This document shows positions 1-7,151 of a stretch of 31,760 nucleotides of DNA, one piece after another. The DNA comes from Candidatus Iainarchaeum sp. GTDB lineage: Archaea; Iainarchaeota; Iainarchaeia; Iainarchaeales; 0-14-0-20-34-12. A model generated the notes under the pieces. It made no database searches and was not told the DNA's origin. It saw only the letters and a list, made by a program, of their open reading frames with translations. How positions within the stretch are numbered: the stretch's first letter is position 1; each line of letters opens with the position of its first letter. The DNA lies in NCBI GenBank assembly GCA_030649345.1, contig JAUSKK010000033.1, positions 1 through 31,760 on the forward strand, in the 5' to 3' direction. A program made the position numbers and the translations under genes.

Positions 1-821
1 TCATCTTCAGGCAGTGGTTTGAATACTATCTTACTTCTTGATCCGCTTATTTTTAAAACCAGTTTTGCCAGCTGCATTATCGTAAATTCATCAGGATTAC
101 CTAAGTTTACAGGTTCATTAATTTTTGAAATCATCAGGCGGTATATCCCCTCCACCAGATCATCAATATAACAAAAACTCCTCGTCTGCTGCCCTTTACC
201 GCAAACAGTTAACGGCTTATTATTCAGGGCACAAAAGATAAAATTAGGCACTACCCTGCCATCATAATGGCGCATTTTAGGCCCATAAGTATTAAAAATT
301 CGCACTATTTTTGTATCCAGCGAATGTACGCGATGGTAGGCCATGGTAATTGCCTCAGCAAAACGCTTAGATTCATCATAGCAGCCGCGCACGCCCACGG
401 GGTTAACATGCCCCCAATAACTTTCTTTTTGCGGATGTTCTAATGGATCGCCGTACACTTCGGAAGTGCTGGCCTGCAAAAATACTGCTTTATTTTTGAC
501 TGCTAAATCCAGCAAATTTTTTACACCCAAAGAATTGGCCAGCATTGTTTCAATTCCGTATTTTTGATACTGCACAGGGCTGGCTGGAGATGCTAAATTG
601 TAAATCTGAGTTAGATCGGTTAATTTTAAAGGCTTAATAATATCGTGTTTTAAAAAAGTAAACCTTGAATGATTTTCAAAAGTTTTCAAATTTTCTTTTT
701 TTCCTGTTAAAAAATTATCCAAACCAATGATTTCTGTTTTCGGTTCTTTTTCCAATAAATATTCACATAAATGAGAACCGATAAAACCTGCAGCCCCTGT
801 AACTAAAATTTTTTTCGCCAT
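1..821 (-). CDS. UDP-glucuronate decarboxylase / UDP-xylose synthase-like NAD-dependent epimerase-dehydratase (C-terminus runs off the window)
   Basis: Absent from the supplied track because no stop lies in the window. My translation of the minus strand from the ATG at 819-821 reads MAKKILVTGAAGFIGSHLCEYLLE...LASPASPVQYQ...LQASTSEVYGDPLEHPQKESYWGHVNPVGVRGCYDESKRFAEAI...RIFNTYGPKM..GRVVPNFI...GQQTRSFCYIDDLVEG..NLGNPDEFT. It has the GxxGxxG Rossmann motif plus the STSEVYG and YDESK (YxxxK) motifs typical of UXS-type SDRs. Confidence 0.88.
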   Translation of the reverse strand, partial: MAKKILVTGAAGFIGSHLCEYLLEKEPKTEIIGLDNFLTGKKENLKTFENHSRFTFLKHDIIKPLKLTDLTQIYNLASPASPVQYQKYGIETMLANSLGVKNLLDLAVKNKAVFLQASTSEVYGDPLEHPQKESYWGHVNPVGVRGCYDESKRFAEAITMAYHRVHSLDTKIVRIFNTYGPKMRHYDGRVVPNFIFCALNNKPLTVCGKGQQTRSFCYIDDLVEGIYRLMISKINEPVNLGNPDEFTIMQLAKLVLKISGSRSKIVFKPLPED

Positions 822-824
822 ACT

Positions 825-1577
825 TTAACACCTGCACACAAACTCTTGTTCAGTTTGCCGCAAAGATTCTTTCCAGCCAATATCAAACCATTTATCCGAA
901 TACACAAAACCATACAATAAATGTTTTTCAACTAACCAGTTCATAAAATAACCCATTTTATCTAAATCAGGCCCTTGTTTGCCTTTTTGATGCACATACT
1001 CTTCAATCAAAGAAATCTTATTTTTTGGAATAAAATAAATTCCATGTGAAGCCAAAGTTGACTTTGGATTTTGAGATTTTTCTTCAAACTCCAAAACTTT
1101 GTGCCCAGAATTTAAAACACCTGTGCCCAATTGAGCAGCCAATTCTTTCGAACCGCATTCATGAAAGGTATTTACAATTACATTATTTTTTTTAAAAAAA
1201 TCATAAGCTGGTTTCAATGAAAAATTAAACAAATTATCTCCGGCTACAACCAATAAATCTTCATTCATTTTATTTTGATTGATGGCCAAAGCAATGTCTC
1301 CAATCTGCCCCAAGCGTGTTTCATTTGAAGTAGTTTCATCATTCAATAAATAAATTGGAATACTGGAATAAAATGCTGACAGCCAATGTTTGAATACTGG
1401 AAAAAACTTGGCATTGCATACAATCCAAATCTCAGAAATGTCTTGCAGTTCTTCAAGCTTGCAGACAATATGTTCCAAAATAGGCTTGTCTTTGATTTTC
1501 AGCAAAGCTTTGGGTTTATTTTTCGTCAAAGGATACAAGCGCACAGCATACCCTGCAGCTGGAATAATCACTTTCAT
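825..1577 (-). CDS. sugar-1-phosphate nucleotidyltransferase (glucose-1-P uridylyl/thymidylyltransferase-like)
   Basis: The N-terminus KVIIPAAGYAVRLYPLTKNKPKALLKI matches the GxGxRLxPLTxxxPK signature. VVAGDN matches the metal/sugar-site motif. The start overlaps the upstream stop as ATGA (1574-1577). Confidence 0.85.
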   Translation of the reverse strand: MKVIIPAAGYAVRLYPLTKNKPKALLKIKDKPILEHIVCKLEELQDISEIWIVCNAKFFPVFKHWLSAFYSSIPIYLLNDETTSNETRLGQIGDIALAINQNKMNEDLLVVAGDNLFNFSLKPAYDFFKKNNVIVNTFHECGSKELAAQLGTGVLNSGHKVLEFEEKSQNPKSTLASHGIYFIPKNKISLIEEYVHQKGKQGPDLDKMGYFMNWLVEKHLLYGFVYSDKWFDIGWKESLRQTEQEFVCRC

Positions 1578-2722
1578 TTAAACATCGTTCTCCTAACTTT
1601 TTCTGCAGAACCTTGAGCTTGAAATGCTTCAAAAAACAATAAAGCTTCAGAGTAAGCAACGCTTTCAAGAGCTTGAACTGTGGATTCACGCAAAGAATAC
1701 AATTCGTCAAAAAATTCTTTCGTAGCATTCTTTCCATACAAGCCCAAAATTTGCGGTTCAGTTTTTAGTCCTTTTTTGACAGCATCTTCTTTAAATTTTT
1801 CCATAGTCCAAGCACACATTCGTTGATGCAAATCAGGCTCGTATACTTTTAGAGTATCCCATACAATATTTTGCCAAAAAGTTCCAACATTTCCTTTCAA
1901 TACATCTTTATGCGGAAACAAAGTACGAATTAATTCTCTAGGAGTTCCAGTAATTCCATGTTGAGCAATGCGTACATCCAAACCAGCTGTGCGAATAGCT
2001 TTGGCTACAGCTTGAGTTTGCGAAATATCAATAGATAATTGAGCCATTAAATTTCCTTGCAAGTCATAATTGTTTCCATGCGCTGAACCATTTGCAATTG
2101 CCAAAACATTCGGAAAAACATCTTGTTCTTTCAAGCCCTGCAAAAAGGTTACAGCTTCTTCTGGTTTTGTTTTAACTTTGCCTTGACCGTCATGATAACC
2201 AATTTCTCCAACTTCTACTTCTAAACCAAATTCTTTGTCATTCATTTTATTCTTGACATATTTAACCATACGAGAAGTCACTTCAATATTTTTAGCCAAA
2301 CATTCTTCTGTTGTCTTTCCGTTTACATTAAACAAAAACGAGGCATCAATAGCAAACGAAGTATACCCTGCTTTGACTTGCGCATCAATTAAATCTTGAA
2401 CTTCTTTAATTTCTTCAAGATTCCCTTTTTTTAAAGTAATATGATCCGCATGAAGACCCCACATGTCAAACTTTACATCTTCTGCAATTGCTCGAGTCAT
2501 TTTAGATAATTTTTCAGGAGTTAAACCAGTATAACCGCCAGTTAAATCACATTCCGATTTAGCCAACTCAACCAAAAAAACAGCATCCATTTTTTTTGCA
2601 GCACGAAATACACCGTGAGCCACACCATTCAAGATCCGTAAATTGGTGGCCATAATAATGGAACCAGAATCTTTTAAAGTATTAAAAAAATAATTGCTTG
2701 GCTTGGGTTCAAAATTAGTCAT
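1574..2722 (-). CDS. class II (metal-dependent) fructose/tagatose-bisphosphate aldolase family protein
   Basis: Motifs align to class II FBA: HADH (HxDH zinc ligand region), EVEVGEIG, IANGSAHGN, AQHGITGTP and KGNVGT. An AAGGTG Shine-Dalgarno sequence lies upstream of the ATG. Confidence 0.8.
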   Translation of the reverse strand: MTNFEPKPSNYFFNTLKDSGSIIMATNLRILNGVAHGVFRAAKKMDAVFLVELAKSECDLTGGYTGLTPEKLSKMTRAIAEDVKFDMWGLHADHITLKKGNLEEIKEVQDLIDAQVKAGYTSFAIDASFLFNVNGKTTEECLAKNIEVTSRMVKYVKNKMNDKEFGLEVEVGEIGYHDGQGKVKTKPEEAVTFLQGLKEQDVFPNVLAIANGSAHGNNYDLQGNLMAQLSIDISQTQAVAKAIRTAGLDVRIAQHGITGTPRELIRTLFPHKDVLKGNVGTFWQNIVWDTLKVYEPDLHQRMCAWTMEKFKEDAVKKGLKTEPQILGLYGKNATKEFFDELYSLRESTVQALESVAYSEALLFFEAFQAQGSAEKVRRTMFK

Positions 2723-2732
2723 ACAGCACCTT

Positions 2733-3677
2733 TTATTTTAAATAAATTGAATTAATATAACGAACTGATTTGGTTTCAGCATTCAAAATCAAAGAATGTA
2801 ATTTTATTTTCTCTGAAGAAACTTCAGCTCCTTTCAACAAAACACCGGATTGAATTCCGGTTGCAACAAACATTCCTTCAGATCCTTTGGATAAATCTTG
2901 AATCAAATATTTTTTGTTCAAATCCAATACACCCATTTCTTTGGCTCGTGCAGCTTGCTTTTCATCCGTAAACACCAAACGGCCTTCCATATAACCACCG
3001 AGACATTTTAATGCAACTGCAGAAATAACGCCTTCGGGTGCTGCTCCAATTCCCAGCAATAAATCAATTCCAGTTCCTTCCAAGCAAGTAGCAATGGCTG
3101 CAGGCAAATCGCCATCAGCAATCAATTTTATCTGTGCTCCAGTTTCTTTTACTTCTTTAATTAATTGTTCATGCCTAGGCCGATCCAATACAATTACAGT
3201 AACTTCGGAAACTTTTTTATTCAAACATTCTGCCACAATTTGAATATTTTTTTGTACTGACCAGTCTAAATTTACTTTTCCTTTGCATTTAGGACCTACA
3301 GCAATTTTATTCATATAACAATCTGGAGCATGCAATAAAGTTTTACTCGGAGCTAAAGCCAAAACAGCAATCGCATTCGGAACATTGTTGGCCACACTAT
3401 TCGTACATTCCAAAGGATCTACTGCAAAATCTACTTCAATGCCTTTCCCAGTTCCTACTTTTTCTCCAATAAACAACATAGGCGCTTGGTCTCGCTCTCC
3501 TTCTCCAATCACAATAGTTCCTTGCATTTCAATTTTATTAAACTCTAAACGCATGGCTTCCACAGCAGCTTGATCTGCAGAATTTTTGTCTTTTTTTCCA
3601 ATCCATGGAACACAGGCCAAAGCAGCTTGCTCGGTTCCTTTCAAAATTTCAAAAGCCAAAGAATCTTTCAATAACAT
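2733..3677 (-). CDS. glpX: class II fructose-1,6-bisphosphatase (GlpX type)
   Basis: The N-terminal block ...TEQAALACVPWIGKKDKNSADQAAVEAMR...GTIVIGEGERDQAPMLFIGEKVGTGKG..VDFAVDPLECTN... closely follows the GlpX consensus. Its start overlaps the ugd stop as TAATG. Confidence 0.9.
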   Translation of the reverse strand: MLLKDSLAFEILKGTEQAALACVPWIGKKDKNSADQAAVEAMRLEFNKIEMQGTIVIGEGERDQAPMLFIGEKVGTGKGIEVDFAVDPLECTNSVANNVPNAIAVLALAPSKTLLHAPDCYMNKIAVGPKCKGKVNLDWSVQKNIQIVAECLNKKVSEVTVIVLDRPRHEQLIKEVKETGAQIKLIADGDLPAAIATCLEGTGIDLLLGIGAAPEGVISAVALKCLGGYMEGRLVFTDEKQAARAKEMGVLDLNKKYLIQDLSKGSEGMFVATGIQSGVLLKGAEVSSEKIKLHSLILNAETKSVRYINSIYLK

Positions 3678-4963
3678 TACTTCGACCCCAGGCCTACATA
3701 GGTAAATCCTAAATTTCTCATTTTTTGCGGATTGTATAAATTACGTGCATCAATTAAAACAGAATTTTTCATCAAAGACTTTGCTTTCACAAAATCTAAT
3801 TCTTTGAATTCATTCCATTCAGTCACCAAAATCACAGCATCCATATTCTTGAATACATCATACACGGAAGAAACATATTCTGTTTCCGAAAACAATTTTT
3901 TGGAATTCTCCATAGCCACTGGATCAAATGCTTTAATTTCAGCACCTTCTTTTTTCAATAAATCCATAATCACTAAACTCGGAGCATCTCTCATATCATC
4001 GGTGTCCGGCTTAAACGCCAAACCCAATAAACCAACCTGTTTTCCCTTTAAATTGCCCAAAACTTTTTTTAATTTTTCGACTGGCAATTTTTTCTGCAAA
4101 TCATTCGAATGATAAGCTGCTTGAGCTACACTTAAATTTACATGAGCTTGATTTCCAATCGAAATTAAACCAATCACATCTTTTGGAAAACATGAACCCC
4201 CCCATCCGCAGCCGGCTTTCAAAAAAGCTTTCCCAATTCTGGCGTCTAAACCCATGCCTTCTGCAACCAATCGAACATCCGCATTTACAGCATCGCATAA
4301 ATTGGCCACTTCATTAATGAAAGAAATCTTCACAGCCAAAAAAGCATTGCTGGCATACTTAATCATTTCCGCAGTTTTGACATCAGTAAACAAAATTTCT
4401 GCATTCAATGGAGCGTACAAGTCACCCAATGTTTTCTTAATCGATTCAGAATCCGCGCCAATCACAACCCGATCTGGTTCCATAAAATCTTTGATTGCAT
4501 TGCCTTCTCTTAAAAATTCTGGATTGGATACCACATGAAATTTTCCTTTATAATATTTTGAAATAATTTCCGAAACTAAATCACCAGTTCCAACTGGAAC
4601 TGTACTTTTATTAATAATTATTTTTTCATTCGTCATATTTTTTCCAATGGTTTCCGCAACACTTTTCACATACTTTAAATCCGGAGTTCCATCTTGGTCT
4701 TGCGGAGTTCCAACTGCAATAAAAATAATTTCGGAATTCTGCACAGCTTTTCCAACATCCGTAGTAAAACTCAAACGCTTTGCTTGAACATTTCGTTCAA
4801 TAATTTCTTCCAATCCAGGTTCGTAAATCGGACAATGACCTGCGTTCAACAGTTCAATTTTCTTGGAATCAATATCTCCGCAAATGACTGTATTTCCTAA
4901 ATCCGCAAAACAAGCACCGGCCACTAAACCAACGTACCCTGTACCCAAAACAGCAATTTTCAT
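3677..4963 (-). CDS. ugd: UDP-glucose 6-dehydrogenase
   Basis: MKIAVLGTGYVGLVAGACFADLGN is the Rossmann region. GGSCFPKD contains the catalytic Cys. LGLAFKPDTDDMRDAP is the C-terminal UDPG_MGDP_dh motif. Confidence 0.92.
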   Translation of the reverse strand: MKIAVLGTGYVGLVAGACFADLGNTVICGDIDSKKIELLNAGHCPIYEPGLEEIIERNVQAKRLSFTTDVGKAVQNSEIIFIAVGTPQDQDGTPDLKYVKSVAETIGKNMTNEKIIINKSTVPVGTGDLVSEIISKYYKGKFHVVSNPEFLREGNAIKDFMEPDRVVIGADSESIKKTLGDLYAPLNAEILFTDVKTAEMIKYASNAFLAVKISFINEVANLCDAVNADVRLVAEGMGLDARIGKAFLKAGCGWGGSCFPKDVIGLISIGNQAHVNLSVAQAAYHSNDLQKKLPVEKLKKVLGNLKGKQVGLLGLAFKPDTDDMRDAPSLVIMDLLKKEGAEIKAFDPVAMENSKKLFSETEYVSSVYDVFKNMDAVILVTEWNEFKELDFVKAKSLMKNSVLIDARNLYNPQKMRNLGFTYVGLGSK

Positions 4964-5016
4964 TAAAATTCCTCGGATTTTAAATACTTAAAATTTGTTT
5001 CAGATTTTAAATTCAT
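4963..5016 (-). promoter_or_regulatory. candidate 17-codon leader uORF (MNLKSETNFKYLKSEEF*) ending in TAATG on the ugd start codon
   Basis: The ATG (complement of 5014-5016) is directly preceded by the hairpin/SD module also found in front of rpl10 and the PHP gene. The stop (complement of 4963-4965) shares one nucleotide with the ugd ATG (4961-4963). Confidence 0.35.
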
Positions 5017-5039
5017 TAAAATCGCCCTTGCAATTTTAA
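5014..5039 (-). promoter_or_regulatory. SD-in-loop hairpin module, copy A (TTAAAATTGC-AAGG-GCGATTTTA-ATG in gene sense)
   Basis: Arms are 5016-5025 and 5030-5039, with one G-U position. The loop is AAGG in sense. The ATG follows immediately. Confidence 0.5.
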
Positions 5040-5130
5040 ATATTTAAAATTTCTTGTTTCAAATTTTAAACCCACAAAAAACACCTTATTTCCAGCATTT
5101 AAACGCATTTTATACTAGTTTAGATAAAAG

Positions 5131-5220
5131 AACCAGAAATAATTTAAATATCAGAACCTACGGTTCCGATACCTCCCTTCACAGTTCATTAATAGAAAAA
5201 ACCAGAAATAATTTAAATAT
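5131..5220. repeat. two perfect 21-bp direct repeats AACCAGAAATAATTTAAATAT (5131-5151 and 5200-5220), each carrying a TATA-like TTTAAATA
   Basis: I confirmed an exact match by indexing. The second copy lies about 60 nt upstream of the 5281 ATG, a plausible promoter position. A small GAACC-TAC-GGTTC hairpin sits between the copies. Confidence 0.7.
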
Positions 5221-5280
5221 ATGACTCCATCATATACTATAATACAAAGTATGAGGATTTCAATAAGAGGTTAAACCCAA

Positions 5281-6093
5281 ATGAGAGAACGCATTACCAT
5301 TACGATTAAACAGGAAATTTTAGACCAAGTGGACCGCATGGTCGACGGCTTAAATGTGCGCAGCCGAAGCCAAGCTTTTGAATTTTTGTTAAGCAAAGTT
5401 TTAACAGATGTAAAACTTAAAACTTGCTTAATTTTGGCTGGCGGAGAAAAAAACAAAATAATGATTGACCGAAAACCTAAATTTTTGCAGGAAATCAAAG
5501 GAAAAGAATTATTGATTCACTCCATGGATGCCATCCACAAACACCATGTAGGAAGATTTTTAGTTTACGTAGACAATTTCGGAGAAGAAATTGCACAAAA
5601 ACTCAGCCAAAAACAATTGCAGTACAATTTAGAATTCATTCAAGGAAAAACAAGTTCTGGAACCATTGAACCCTTGCAATTAGCTAAAGACAAACTCAAT
5701 GACACATTCTTGTTAGCTTACGGTGATACTATTTCAAACGTAAATATTCAAGAAATGCTTCAATTTCACCGCGAACAAAAAGCAATTGCAACCATTGCAT
5801 TAACTACAGTCAGCAATCCCAAAGACTATGGAGTAGCTATCCTGCAGGGCAATAAAGTAAAAGCATTTATTCAAAAACCCAGCAAAGACTTAGGCAGCTA
5901 TATTATCAGCACAGGCTATTTTTTGTTTGAACCTGAAGTCTTCAAATATTTATCCAGAAATGACACCAGTTTAGAAAAAGACTTGCTGCCCAGACTAGCT
6001 GAAAAAGGCTTATTGAATGGTTACACCTTTCAAGGACTTTATTTAAACATTAACTCCAAAAAAGACCTAGAAAGAGCAGAAATACTTCTATAG
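5281..6093 (+). CDS. ribbon-helix-helix (CopG/NikR-like) DNA-binding domain fused to a nucleotidyltransferase-like domain
   Basis: Residues 1-43, MRERITITIKQEILDQVDRMVDGLNVRSRSQAFEFLLSKVL, show the beta-strand / helix / helix pattern of RHH proteins such as the NikR N-terminus. The remainder (ILAGG..., LLAYGD, GVAIL..G.V..F.QKP, GYFLFEP) is an NTP_transferase fold. An AGAGGT SD sequence lies upstream. Confidence 0.8.
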   Translation: MRERITITIKQEILDQVDRMVDGLNVRSRSQAFEFLLSKVLTDVKLKTCLILAGGEKNKIMIDRKPKFLQEIKGKELLIHSMDAIHKHHVGRFLVYVDNFGEEIAQKLSQKQLQYNLEFIQGKTSSGTIEPLQLAKDKLNDTFLLAYGDTISNVNIQEMLQFHREQKAIATIALTTVSNPKDYGVAILQGNKVKAFIQKPSKDLGSYIISTGYFLFEPEVFKYLSRNDTSLEKDLLPRLAEKGLLNGYTFQGLYLNINSKKDLERAEILL

Positions 6094-6140
6094 TAACATA
6101 AACATAATTGAACAAAAGCAAGATAGATAACACATTAGCA

Positions 6141-6193
6141 GTGGTGCTGACCAACGGAAAGCACCACAACCTACCGCCGCGGTTAGGCGGCGG
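6141..6193. other. two adjacent GC-rich hairpins (candidate small structured RNA, cis-regulator or terminator)
   Basis: GTGGTGCT (6141-6148) pairs with AGCACCAC (6160-6167) across an 11-nt loop. CCGCCGC (6174-6180) pairs with GCGGCGG (6187-6193) across a 6-nt loop. The segment is about 67% G+C in a roughly 30% G+C background. Confidence 0.4.
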
Positions 6194-6239
6194 CGAAAAG
6201 CACTTAAATTAAAATTACCTAATAAAAGATACTGAGAAT

Positions 6240-7070
6240 ATGATTCAATCCTTTATTCAAGCCATCAAATTATTGGTTCAAAAGCCTTGGTTAATTTTAC
6301 CAGCAGTACTAATCCAAGTACCCATTATCGGAGTTAGTGCCTGGGTAGCCGAAAAATTTGTAACCATTTTTATTCAATTAATTTTTGTATTGGAATCTGG
6401 ACAAATTTTTCCATGGGAATTACCCATTCGATTGCTTCAACTCAATCCAATTCAATCCCTTGAATTTTTGTTGGGTCTTTTAGTTATTGCTTATTTGAAT
6501 ATTGGAATGTTTTACGTATACGCACGATTTGCCAGAGAACACAACACAGGAAAAAATGCATCCATTTTAACCGCCAGCAAATACACAGTAAGCAAATTCA
6601 AAGAATTATTTTATTTAATATTATTTTTCGCAGTCATTGGCTTGCTTACCATCACAGCCTATGAATTGATTTTAATGCTGAGTTTCGGAATTCAAATCTT
6701 GGGAATTATTTTCACAGCAGCCTTATTCTTGCTTATGCTTTATTTGGTTGTCAAATTTTTAACACTCATTCCAATTATCAGCGATGGAAAAAACACACTC
6801 AAAAATGGATTGAAAAAAAGCTGGGCTTTTAGCCAGCAAAATTTTATTGCCAGTTTAGCAGTCATTGCATGGATTTCAGTATATTCATTCTTTTTTGAAC
6901 GAGCCATGGAATACATTATTGGCGCCAACACCAATCCAGTATTGGTCATCAGTGCATCCATTATATTGTATGGAATTCTTTCCACCATTACTTTGATTTA
7001 TATTTCCTTGTTCTATTTCAATAAACACAAACAAGAAAAATATTCAGAAACTGAAACCATCACGGAATAA
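6240..7070 (+). CDS. polytopic integral membrane protein, function unknown
   Basis: It has at least six hydrophobic segments of about 20 aa, for example WLILPAVLIQVPIIGVSAWV, LLGLLVIAYLNIGMFYVY and ILGIIFTAALFLLMLYLVV. I recognise no catalytic motif. Confidence 0.6.
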   Translation: MIQSFIQAIKLLVQKPWLILPAVLIQVPIIGVSAWVAEKFVTIFIQLIFVLESGQIFPWELPIRLLQLNPIQSLEFLLGLLVIAYLNIGMFYVYARFAREHNTGKNASILTASKYTVSKFKELFYLILFFAVIGLLTITAYELILMLSFGIQILGIIFTAALFLLMLYLVVKFLTLIPIISDGKNTLKNGLKKSWAFSQQNFIASLAVIAWISVYSFFFERAMEYIIGANTNPVLVISASIILYGILSTITLIYISLFYFNKHKQEKYSETETITE

Positions 7071-7096
7071 ACTGTGAGACCATGATAAAGACAGTC

Positions 7097-7120
7097 CCTT
7101 TTCTTTTCAAAAAGAAAAGG
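7097..7120 (+). terminator. T-rich hairpin downstream of the membrane-protein gene
   Basis: CCTTTTCTT (7097-7105) pairs with AAGAAAAGG (7112-7120), 27 nt after the stop at 7068-7070. The T4 runs fit the oligo-T termination signals of archaea. Confidence 0.4.
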
Positions 7121-7151
7121 CTCTGAGATTCAAAAGAAGATAGGGAATCCA

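Larger units (their letters stand above)
4961..5070. repeat. tandem duplication of the ugd leader / initiation region (units 4961-5011 and 5014-5070)
   Basis: The plus strand reads CATTAAAATT--CCTCG-GATTTTAAATACTTAAAATTT--GTTTCAGATTTTAAA versus CATTAAAATCGCCCTTGCAATTTTAAATATTTAAAATTTCTTGTTTCAAATTTTAAA. Each unit ends, in gene sense, with SD-like GAGG/AAGG, a spacer and ATG. Confidence 0.6.

Noticed and set aside
1386-1737. Track ORFs 1386..1616 (+), 1390..1581 (+) and 1516..1737 (-). The same class of 60-160-aa ORFs appears elsewhere, for example at 3385..3573, 3732..4112, 4254..4538, 8684..9163, 11512..11775, 13804..14058, 16299..16595, 17725..18144, 24550..25014, 26172..26507, 26798..27148 and 28205..28537.
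   Set aside because: All lie antisense to, or out of frame within, long and well-supported CDSs. Their low-complexity composition (Ser/Phe/Leu/Ile-rich) is typical of shadow ORFs in AT-rich DNA. None has an SD sequence or a recognisable motif.
5221-5274. A 17-codon ORF (MTPSYTIIQSMRISIRG*) immediately after the second 21-bp repeat, upstream of the RHH-fusion gene.
   Set aside because: The ATG lies only about 5 nt after the TATA-like element, so it probably sits upstream of the transcription start. There is no SD. It overlaps the real SD of the 5281 gene only by chance of frame.
6141-6193. A guanidine-II (mini-ykkC)-like riboswitch, suggested by two small GC hairpins in tandem before a membrane protein.
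   Set aside because: That class needs ACGR loops on both hairpins. Only the first loop contains ACGG, within an 11-nt loop, and the second loop is GGTTAG. No C/D-box or tRNA features are present either.
6171-6195. CCGCCGCGGTTA resembles the universal 16S rRNA GCCGCGGTAA segment, which might suggest an rRNA fragment.
   Set aside because: The match is only about 10 nt, with an extra T and no flanking rRNA similarity. The segment is better described as a self-complementary GC hairpin.
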